Assembly (NCBI RefSeq): GCF_964204645.1
Contig: NC_134029.1
Span: forward strand, 12,612,850 to 12,676,849
From: Tubulanus polymorphus
Lineage: Eukaryota; Animalia; Nemertea
Direction: 5' to 3'
Length of the DNA stretch: 64,000 nucleotides
A program made the translations under genes and the position numbers. The notes under the pieces are model-generated. The model was not told where the DNA came from and made no database searches. It was given only the letters and a program-made list of their open reading frames with translations. Positions 1 to 10,545 of the stretch are shown piece by piece (the first letter of the stretch is position 1; every line of letters begins with the position of its first letter).

Positions 1-19
1 TTTGAACAAAAGAGTTTAC

Positions 20-208
20 CTTGGCAATTTTGTTTTTTCATCGAGGCCGGTCCATTGTACGCCGTACAATATATACTTCGGTCGTAATCGGCGGCCGCAT
101 TAGGTTTAAACAACCCTAGAGTCCCCGTCCAAGTGGTCATCTCATCCCAAAGCTGGATCAAATTTGGAGTCGTCTGCATCACCTTGAGGAGGGATTCGAC
201 TGTAGTTG
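20..208 (-). CDS. DUF3987/YfjI-like P-loop ATPase, exon 2 (gene continues off the left edge)
   Basis: Minus strand ttcgttaaAG|CAACT...CCAAG|GTaaac. The 189-nt exon (phase 1-1) is in frame with exon 1 and reads (S)TTVESLLKVMQTTPNLIQLWDEMTTWTGTLGLFKPNAAADYDRSIYCTAYNGPASMKKQNCQ, with TxEsL, Walker-B-like LWDEM and DRSxYxxxYNG motifs typical of DUF3987. Confidence 0.8.
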
Positions 209-420
209 CTTTAACGAAGGTTTCATCGATTAGTACGGAAATCTACCCAGAAATAGTGTGTTTATCTAAAAAGTACCCACCAAGATTGCTACATTGTAGG
301 CAGTATATAAGTAAATTTCTTTTCATAATATTGCTATAAGTAATGCTTGTTCTATGTAGTAATTTAAATTCCCTATCGTTAATTGTTGTCTATGTTGGAA
401 AAAACTGGTATTGAACTTAC

Positions 421-763
421 ATTGGTTGATATGCGAATCTTCGAGTTTGATGTTTGTAACCGATTCAACTGCGATAACAGAATCTCGGACTAAATCCATA
501 GCGCCGCTTTTATTTGTGCCGGACGATCCTATGGCCATGCAAAAGAGAATGTTGGGTTGCCAGTAAGATTTGAATGCATGGATCTCGGAACGATACATGA
601 AGTGCGAAGCAGCAGTAATAGTCAGCATCAAAATGTATTCCAAAGGAAACGCGCGAGAGTTCGAATACTGTCTTAGGATATCCAGAGTCAAGTTGTCGGC
701 TACATCATCGGGCAGCGGCAACTTGTAGCAGGCATCAACGCGGGCTGTGTACTTGGACTCCAT
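421..763 (-). CDS. DUF3987/YfjI-like P-loop ATPase, exon 1
   Basis: ATG at 763, 114 codons plus 1 nt, then donor CAAT|GTAAGT at 420. Contains PNILFCMAIGSSGTNKSGAM (Walker-A variant preceded by the family's N-hydrophobic strand). Confidence 0.8.
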
Positions 764-800
764 GACTGGTTGGTATGATGATACCTTTGCGAGACTAAGT

Positions 801-807
801 ATTTATA
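801..807 (-). promoter_or_regulatory. Candidate TATA box of the DUF3987 gene
   Basis: TATAAAT on the minus strand about 38 nt upstream of the ATG at 763. Confidence 0.4.
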
Positions 808-1987
808 CCTATGGGAAAACGATGAACGTGCTTCAACGAATCAGTCAACAATTTTACAGAAAAATTGACAAACTCTAGTGGTAGTTCTTTATTTCATACA
901 TTTTTCGATTTGCCAGGGTCAAGATTGTAAACAGGCAACTTTGACAGGAAACGGTCATATCAAAATTGCGTAATAAGGAGAGTATTTTCGTGGTCGTTAG
1001 CATCCAGAGGAAGTTTTGACACTAATCTGAAGGTAGCCTTAATGGGTGCCAGATGACTGACACGAAAGTTGTGTTGATATAGTGCCAACAGGCAACCGCT
1101 GCGACCACTCATAACCTAATAATGGAAAAAGTTTCACAATGTGAACATTGTTCAGACAACGAATATCCACGAATAAAGAATATTTCAACGAATATAAAAC
1201 TGCTTTCCTACACAAGAATATTCGCTATAAAAGTTTCAATATTATCCGAACGGCCATTATGATAACAATCAAAATTATAAAAACAATAATGATATGAAAA
1301 CGATAACACGAGATATGAATATAAAAGAGGCGCTAAATGATATATGATATGTGATGAGATTGATACAATACATTTCTGTTCTACATCGCGTTCTGGGGAT
1401 CAGCTGCGAGTTTCTCCTCATGATGAGAATCAAATCGAGTGCAAATTAATTTGTTACTACCAGTGATTTGGCTGCGGGTTTCAAGGAGTTAGTTTAACAA
1501 TACCTATTTTTCTTTACCAAACTAACCGTGTATTTACTAAGATAAATCTTTAGTGTACCGGGGAGTCGTAGGCCTAAACGAAACACGCCGAAGAGATATA
1601 GCGGAGAAAAGCTGTTATGTCGACGAGGTATCAAAATAAAAAAATATATTACTTTATTCGGCTGCGGGCTTCAACCTCTATATCAATACCATCAATACTC
1701 TATATTTCCTACAGTACATACCGATCATTGTCAAATGCACAAGGTATTTACTAAATACAAGTATATAACACACTCCTATCCGTATGCTGGACTCACACTT
1801 GACATTCGGAGTAAGCGTTCGCTGTGGGGGAAAGGAGATCGTTCGCTGTGTCGCTTGAAGTGTTTATCGAGTTTTACGCGACCTTAAGGCTTTAGTATGG
1901 TGGCTGATAAGATAAAAAAACACGAATATGCAAATGAGGGCGACATTACGACAAAACGACAAAACAAATAACGCGAGAAAACAATGA

Positions 1988-3577
1988 TTTTGATTTTGTC
2001 GCCCGCGACAATTCATTATTTTGGTTTTGTCACACGCGACAATTCAATATTTTCGTTTTATCGCCCGTGACAATTCATTATTTTGGTTTTATCGCTTGCG
2101 AAAATTCATTAGTTTGGTTTTGTCGCCCGCGACAATTCAATATTTTGGTTTTATCGCCAGCGACAATTCAATATTTTGGTTTTGTCGCCCGCGAAAATTC
2201 AATATTTTTGTTTTATCGCCCGCGACAATTCATTACTTTGGTTTTATCGCCAGCGACAATTCATTATTTTGGTTTTGTCGCCCGCGATAATTCTTCCTTT
2301 TTGGTTTTGTCGCCCGCGACAATTCATTATTTTAGTTTTATATTTTGTTTTTGTCGCCCGCGACAATTTTCTTTTTTGGTTTTGTCGCCCGCGACATTTC
2401 AATATTTTGGTTTTATCGCTTGCGACAATCCAATATTTTGGTTTTATCGCCCACGATAATTCATTATTTCGGTTTTGTCGCCCGAGACAATTCATTATTT
2501 TGGTTTTATCGCCCGCGACAATTCCTTATTTTGGTTTTGTCGCCCGAGACAATTCACCATTTTGGTTTTGTCGCCTGGATAATTCACCATTTTGGTTTTG
2601 TCGCCCGCGACAATTCATTAGTTTGGTTTCGTCGCCCGCGACAATTCAATATTTTGGTTTTATCGCCCACGACAATTCATTATTTTGGTTTTATCTCCAG
2701 CGACAATTCATTATTTTGGTTTTGTCGCCCGCCACAATTCTTCTTTTTGGTTTTGACGCCCGCGACAATTCAATATTTTGGTTTTGTCACCCGCGACAAT
2801 TCATTATTTTGGTTTTATCGCCCGCCACAATTCAATATTTTGTTTTTATCGCCCGCGAGAATTCATTATTTTGGTTTTGTCGCCCGAGACAATTCATTAT
2901 TTTGGTTTTATCGCCCGCGACAATTCATTATTTTGGTTTTGTCGCCCGAGACAATTCATTATTTTGGTTTTATCGCCCGCGACAATTCATTATTTTGGTT
3001 TTATCGCCCGCGACAATTCATTATTTTGGTTTTGTCGCACGTGACAATTCAATATTTGGTTTTTGTCGGTTGAGACAATTCATTATTTTGGTTTTGTCGC
3101 CCGCCACAATTCTTCTTTTTGGTTTTGACGCCCGCGACAATTCAATATTTTTGTTTTGTCACCCGCGACAATTCATTATTTTGGTTTTATCGCCCGCCAC
3201 AATTCAATATTTTGTTTTTATCGCCCGCGACAATTCATTATTTTGGTTTTGTCGCCCGAGACAACTCATTATTTTGGTTTTATCGCCCGCGACAATTCAT
3301 TATTTTGGTTTTATCGCCCGCGACAATTCATTATTTTGGTTTTGTCGCACGTGACAATTCAATATTTTGTTTTTGTCGGTTGAGACAATTCATTATTTTG
3401 GTTTTATCGCCCGCGACAATTCAATATTTTTGTTTTATCGCCCGCGACAATTCATTAGTTTGGTTTTATCGCCCGCGACAATTCATTAGTTTGGTTTTGT
3501 CGCCCGCGACAATTCAATATTTTGGTTTTATCACCCGCGACAATTCATTAGTTTGGTTTTGTTGCCCACGACAATTC
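1988..3577. repeat. Tandem array of 31-bp units (~51 copies)
   Basis: Consensus TTTTGGTTTTRTCGCCCGCGACAATTCAWTA. Variant blocks recur (GCCACAATTCTTCTTTTT at ~2731 and ~3103; GTCGCACGTGAC at ~3034 and ~3344), indicating a higher-order duplication. Confidence 0.97.
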
Positions 3578-3582
3578 TTTTT

Positions 3583-4189
3583 CAGTCCACTTGGGACTTT
3601 AGTCCCAGCGGGCTATTGCGTTCACTTTTCGTCCGTCTGTCCATAGACGGAATCCAGTTATTTTTGGAAGTTTTGAAGATGCTTCAAGGTAATGTCTTGA
3701 TATTTGGTTTATACATGTATCTACCCTACACATCGTCAGCCCAAAAACCTGGCCCTGGCAGATTCAAGATGGCCGACTGGCAGCCATTGTTGTTTGCCAA
3801 AATCAGCACTTTTTAAACATTTTCGAAGTTTTCGTGGGAAATTTTGAAGACGCTTTGATCAATTACCTTGATCTTTCGGATGTATGTGAATCCCCCAGGG
3901 CCCATCAGCATAACAAAAATTGGGTCGATCGGACTCAAGATGACCGTCCCATGACCTTTTTTAGTGCCCAAAAATGTCAATTTTGGCCCGAATTCTGAGT
4001 CCTGTAGCTCCCTACTGGTTTGCCATTTCTCATTGCAATTTGTGATGGGTATTCTTTGGAAAGGGATGTTTTATACCTGAGACAGGTATTTTTGATCAGC
4101 CAATTATGACATGATTGGCGGCCATCTTGGTGTCATCAGTACTCATTCGTAGGTGGGAAAAAGTTCTTCCACATTATATTGATACCTAA
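3583..4189 (+). mobile_element. Helentron-associated (HINE/DINE-1-like) non-autonomous element, family A, 5' part
   Basis: Starts after a T-run, has a 5' hairpin GGGACTttAGTCCC and GTCC/GTCT microsatellite. Homologous to 22555-22814(-), 31546-33150, 40878-41130 and 61000-61132. Continues at 19274 after the large insertion. Confidence 0.65.
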
Positions 4190-6001
4190 AACACATTATT
4201 ATTCGAAAATGGAATTATTAAATTCATGGAATCAGTTGTAAAGCTGAAAAAAGAAAAACGGTTATGCTTCGGTCAAAGGAATGATAGATAATTTGTTACC
4301 TAGCAGTGCGGGTTTGCGTAGAACGTGTGATTCAGCTGTTAGCACTGACCGAGGCTACAATATTGTAACCTAGGTCGGTTCACTGCACAACTTTTTTTGT
4401 AAACACTGACCGAGGCTACAATATTGTAGCCTAGGTTGGTTCACTGCATGACCTTTGCTTGCGATTACTGGCCCAACCCCAGTCGGTTGTTTTTACAGTA
4501 TTTGAAGTACTGGCTAATTGGATGTAACCATATATAAATAGTATTTTGAAGATGTGGTGACAGAGAGAATCAGTTTTTTATTTCGTCTTGAGAAGGTCCT
4601 ACAGTTCGCTATTCTGTGTCAAAATATGAATTGAAATATAAAGGATGGAGTTAGTTTGCTTTCCCGATACTGTATTTATCCTTTTAATCATGAAGGATAA
4701 TTGTGTTATAGCAATTATAGTGATAACCTACGACAGTTTCAAATTCACGTATTAGAAAACGAAAATTATCTTTAAATTCCAAATTTCATTTGGAAAGCGG
4801 CGTTTCTGCGCACAATTCCTAAAATGTCAGAATTCCGAAAACTAGGGATTCACACGGTTAGAATGTTAACTAAATAAGTTTCGTCCGAGCAAATGTATAC
4901 TATAAGAAACTAACGGCGAAACTTCACGGGTTGGTGCGGTCTGTGCGCTGCATGAACAGGTTTTTGGTATCAAATGTAAAATACCGGCCGTGTACATGTT
5001 CGGATTTGTACCGATACATTGAGTTTAGTTCAATTTTTGGATCATTATAGTTTAGGATCTCTGTGTGACGTCACTGAGCGCGCTGATCAAAAATAGTCTG
5101 CACACTGTGAGCATTACATGTTGCTTGGTTTTAAAGGACAGTGTGCTAATTGACTATATATGAAAATGGGCTTGACCAAAATTTTCTTCCTGACAGACGA
5201 ATGTATAATCGCACTGATATAGCTGTCTTGCTAGGTTGAAGGGTGTTTGAAATTCAGTTAAAATTCAATTAAATATCATAATTAATAAAATCTTATTGAC
5301 GGAAATTTACCGCTATATTTAGGTTATTTTTCAGTGCGTTTTAAAATTACATTGAATTCATCGTTCGAGGTTAATGATGGCGAAAAACAATTTAAATTGA
5401 GTCCAGTTGGGAGAATATTCCCTTACTTTAAGGGCAAGAAATTATTTACAATGGACTAATTTTCCGCTAGCAGCAAAACAACACACTGTTATCTGAACTG
5501 TTAATCATCACGTCATGTCTAGTTTAACAAGTAGATATATACTAAAAAATATGCGTGGTTTCCACGCGAGAACCAAAACAAGAGGGTTGTTAGTAGACAT
5601 ATTCAAGTTGGATGGTCATGATAATTTATAAAAACAGATGTAAGCAGTTGTAAACTTGTGAACAGAGGAAATATCAACATATATACACAATTGTGTCTAA
5701 CTTTCTCCTGTCTGGTTTTATGTTAAATATATCCCGAACAAAGATTTTGTTTGAATAAATATTCAAATATCGATCCGGAAGAGCAATGCGGCCAACAACA
5801 TTTTATTTTGAGTTAGAAAAAATGACCTGTTGACTCAGTAAGACGGCTTTTCGATTTACCGGGTGCGCACTACTATGTTTTAAATGGCTATGAAAACGGA
5901 GTCGAACCAAGAACAGCAATTAAGCTTGATGTATCGTTTCCCTCACAGATGACATATATCAGAATCAGTTTTCTCAAAATCTGTTTCTTACCGAAGTCCT
6001 T

Positions 6002-7781
6002 GACGTATCGGCCCCACTCCGCGTGGTTGCGCCACCTCGCGGGATTTACGCGAAGCAGCAAACACAAACATGGCCACTCTCTCAATTTTCAATGATAGAA
6101 ATCGTGTGTGCATTTCAATTATTTCGGCTGTTAGGGTTTTAAGGCACAATATAAGTTGATGATGTGATATAGCGATGTTAATTAATGATAATTCCGCAGT
6201 GAAGCTAGTCACGAACGGTGCCGATTGAGTGTACAGCTGCCAAAAACACTGTAATGCGCGTAGTTGCGTAACTATTTGCAGTGAATTGCAGACGAAACAT
6301 GAAGCCTTAACGGCCGTTTAAAAAAAAATTATACCAATCGCAATTGTAAAACAAGAAAATTAACTTTGACGCCTGCGAAAAAATGTTGAATTTCTGGTAT
6401 AAGCTAATGTAGAATTGTAAATTTGAAATCGAAATTTCGGGAATTATGAGATTTGGCGATTGGGTAGATGGTACAGTCTTCGACTGGTCTAATTTTTAAA
6501 AAAATTGTCAACTTGTGACTTCGATTCACTTTTGCCTCTAAGCTGGTCTGCAACTTCATTGCCTCCATGGTTGAAGAAAGAGCTCTTCTGATGTCTGCTT
6601 CATCATGACTTTGAGCATATCGTGTAGCCAGCCAGCCCGGTCCTGGGGCCCGGTCTGGCTGTCACTTGATATCCTAGACTTGAGTCTGGGTTGAAGTAGA
6701 CATTGTCATTTAAATAACTTATTCATGTTATTCTGTATGAATTACCCGTGTGTCTCGTATTTTCTTATTTTAAAATTTGTAAATGTATTGATTTTTGGAA
6801 TTTTATCCCAGAATTTCAATGTAATAAGGATCAATAAAGTATTGAATTTAATTGTCACCTTATACACATGCCATCAGTGGACGCGGAGCCGTATATGACA
6901 GCTATACTATTATAAATTGCTAATCTCATGAAACGTCTCTGCATATGTCTAATATCGAACATATTTTCTAAAACATTTGAATATTGAAATTATTTTACAC
7001 GTTTTTATATAGACCGCTTGTAGCCGCCGTTGAAATTCACGCCGGCCCAACTCAGATCGTAGATAGCTTCGTCATTCCACCGGCATCCCCATGTCAGGGT
7101 CTGACTTTTATATCAGACTTCCAAATCGTGTATACATCCGCCATTTAACCGAATAATCCGATTTACTTATCATTTCTATTTATCCCTGCCGCTCCTGATA
7201 TAATCATACATCCTTTACTATTACAATACGTCTTCTCATGATATTCAATGCGATATAACATTTCGACGTTCAAATAGAGGTCATTATATAATCACAGGAA
7301 GCCATTCTACATCTTTATCAATAATATTTTGCCAAATAGCTTGTATGTGTACACATAAACCTGTGACGTTTTGCACATTGATTTACGGTTGTCGTTTGTA
7401 AAAGGACGCTGAATGGTTATCATTGTTTAGGTTTCATAATGGTAACGTTTTATAAGGCGTCAAATAAAAATGAGATAGAACCTAAGTTAAAATTCTGGCC
7501 ATTTCTAAAATGTTATTACTAATTTTTAGTCAGTGCCGAACGTTTAGTTTTCCAACAATAATGAGGGGTGGTAGGTAGTCATGCAATTCAAGTCATCATT
7601 TATTACGCATTACTTCCGTGTTGTTGAAAATCTCGCGAGTCCTGGACCAAACCCCATTGAACAATGTGATCTGTGTGCTGGCCACAAATGCACACAGATT
7701 ACACTACACTTCCCATTACACACTCCAGTACCCACAGCTTTCATATATCCATCCAAATATTTAGAGTGTCTTTCTTCCTGG
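6002..7781 (+). repeat. Two segments (6002-6350, 7462-7781) present as one fused inverted copy at 28788-29449
   Basis: High-identity reverse-complement match by direct comparison. Confidence 0.85.
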
Positions 7782-9059
7782 ATTCGTGCTTGAATATGTA
7801 CATAAGATTTTACAAATGAACACAAAGAAATAACAAGAATTGAGGTCTCGGTTATTCGGTGACAAGTCGAATCGTTTGGAACTAAGAAAAATTCTCAGAC
7901 TTAGAAAAGTCTGGCTTAATTTGAATTTCCGAAAAGTACGACTACTAATTGTTTCTGTTATCGGAAATTAAATCAACATCTACATCTAATGTATCTATTG
8001 ATACGAAACGGTTTTATACATTTGTTGTCTAATACAAATTAATACAGGTCAGCAGAATTTAAGGGCTTTCACCGTTGAGTAGTATCTGTTATGAGGCCTG
8101 ATCATGCACATGTGTTATATTAGAAATACAGACTTTTCAATTTTTTAGGCAAATGTTGCCTTAAATATATTCCCCGCGTCTTTATTTTCTTGAGGGATTT
8201 CTCTTGATTGTTAAAACAATATCAAATCATCTTGTCTCAAAAAGTATGAAATCTAGGCTGAAATATGTAGCCAATTTGGAATTGGATGAAATGTTCAAAA
8301 TAAGCCATTCGACCCTGTTATCAAACATATCAGTGTTCTTTAAAACACATGTTAAATATCGGAGGATTTTTAAGCCGAGCTTCAAACATTTCGATTCCTG
8401 AACTAAAATAATTATGTGGCATGTGATTATCCAAGACTATATGACTATGAATATGTTTTAGGTGACTGTTTAAGGTGTTCCTTTTATCCGGGAAGGATTT
8501 GTTTCAATCTCACTTTTAAGATATCAACTATGAATAGTAACGGTATCGAGTGATCGCTGGCAGATTTAGCAGTTAAAATCGTCTCATTTTTTAAATGTTT
8601 GCGTTGATGAAGGCGATTAAAGGGACACATGACATCCACTGCATATAAAACAGTAGATAGTTTTCTGGAGAGTTTGGATGCTCTGATGAACTATCAGCTG
8701 TTGGTTGGTTAAAGCATAGCAGTGCTAAATGTCTATGGTTATAGTACATTGCAGGTGACCCAAATGATTCGCCTGCTGCCTGGATACTATAAACCTGGTA
8801 CCTACGAGCATGGACTCTTTTAGATGGATGTCAGGACCTTATAGTACAGTGTTCATGACTATTAGACCCGGGTGACCCGAATTCCCCACCTGCCTGAAAA
8901 TCTCATAGTGGAGGTAATGCGTATATCTTTTCTGCACACCGATCTCCTTGAAAGGTCAAAATGCTATTTTTGTGAAGAAGTACACGGACCTCTCCATCTG
9001 ATACTTTTAACACAGGGTACATAAATATTTAAATAATACTTTTAAACAAGATTTCTTCA

Positions 9060-10545
9060 GAATAAAAACTACGTCCAAATATCTGGCTAAAGTACTCCCT
9101 GGCTCTGGATACTTTTTCTGATTCTCACATTCAGCACAATATGGATCTTTTAGACAAACTCAAAAATCTCAAACCTGATGGCTAAAAATTTATATCTTTC
9201 GACGCTATATCCTTGTTTACAAATATACCATTGGAACCAACTCTCAATTTATTAAGAAGAAAACTCCCGGACTCCAATCTTGATCTCCCGATTCCTGTAG
9301 ATTGCTTACTTGAACTTTTGGAGCACTGTACAACCAATCTATACTTCCAATTCCAATACAAATTCTATGAACAAATTTTCGGTTTCGCTATGGGTAACCC
9401 ATTATCCCCCATTTTGGCAAATCTTTTCCTTGAACATTTTGAATCCGAAATTCTACCCAATTACACTGGCTCTAAACCTAACTTTTGGATTAGATATGTT
9501 GATGACATTCTATGCTTAGTTTCTGATGATTTCGATCTTAACTCTTTTATTGACTTCATCAACTCTCAATATCCATCTTTTAAATTCACATTTGAATGGG
9601 AACAAAATGACCAAATTCCGTTTTTAGATGTTCTAATCCACAATAAATACACTAATTTATTTTTTTCAGTCTACCGTAAACCGATCAACGCTGAGGCATA
9701 TCTCCATTTCTTTTCGTTTAATGCTAAATCAATCATTGGTCTCGCTCAAGGCCTCTTTCTCTGTGCACTGCGGATCTGCGATGAAATCTTCCTTTCGGCT
9801 GAATTTGACCACATATCCAAATTTCTTAAAAAATTGGCTTACCCTGATCACATTTTGAAAATCGCTATTTCTAAGGCTAAACGTACTTTCTTTAACTCTA
9901 AACCTCCAGAAAATAAAAAAAAAACACATTTCAAAATCCATTGTAGTTCCGTATGTACCTGTTTTGGAAAAGTTTCATCACTTCCATTATTGGATAAACG
10001 AATCATTTTCTCACGTATGAAAGCAAAATTAGCAAGACTTTGGTAAAAAAAGAATCAATCTAAACCTTTGGACTGCAGAGTTTTCAAAATTCCTTGTTTT
10101 GGCTGTGATAAAATGTACTTTGGAGAAACTGGTCGTGATTTAAAAACTCGAATTTCGGAACACAAAAAGGATATAATAAATCAAAAACCGGCTAGTGGTG
10201 TAGCCAATCATGTTTGGAACACTGGTCATCGTTTTAATTTTGATAAAGCCGAAATTATTTATACTTCCAGCAATTACACTAAACGCCACACAGTTGAGTC
10301 TGCCCTAATTACTCGTCACTCAGATATTAGTAAATAATGGCTTTTTTTCCCAACAATTCCATTACTCAATGCCTTGCCAAACACTAATTAGTTACTCACT
10401 CACCAATTTACTCAATTAACCTGTTCTCCTCTTTATGTATACCCCTGTTTTTAGTCAATATCTCAAACCTGACGATGATCTCTAGTGTGAGATCGAAACG
10501 TCGTGTTCTTACATTTTAGATTGTTTCAATTAATAAATTCTCGAT
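9060..10545 (+). mobile_element. Penelope-like retroelement, 5'-truncated and frameshifted (RT plus GIY-YIG endonuclease)
   Basis: ORF 9213-10046 has SLFTNIP, GFAMGNPLSP, WIRYVDD and IPFLDV. ORF 10068-10337 has VFKIPC..C.KMYFGETGR.LKTRISEH (GIY-YIG). AATAAA at ~10532. Confidence 0.92.
10465..10508 (+). ncRNA. Putative minimal hammerhead ribozyme in the Penelope 3' end
   Basis: CTGACGA-t-GATCTC-tagtgt-GAGATC-GAAA-CGTC: CUGANGA and GAAA cores around a 6-bp stem II, with a palindromic ACGT mini stem III as in PLE-associated hammerheads. Stem I is weak. Confidence 0.6.

Noticed and set aside
1988-3577. CRISPR-like array
   Set aside because: Units are head-to-tail with no unique spacers, no cas genes are present, and the context is eukaryotic.
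2021-3646. Many overlapping ORFs up to 392 aa
   Set aside because: Artefact of a stop-free 31-bp repeat unit read in rotating frames; the peptides are periodic.
8755-8913. Exon-like segment (ttgcAG|GTG...GAG|GTaatg, 159 nt)
   Set aside because: The best frame has three TAG stops, about the random expectation, and I recognise no protein. At most a dead captured exon.
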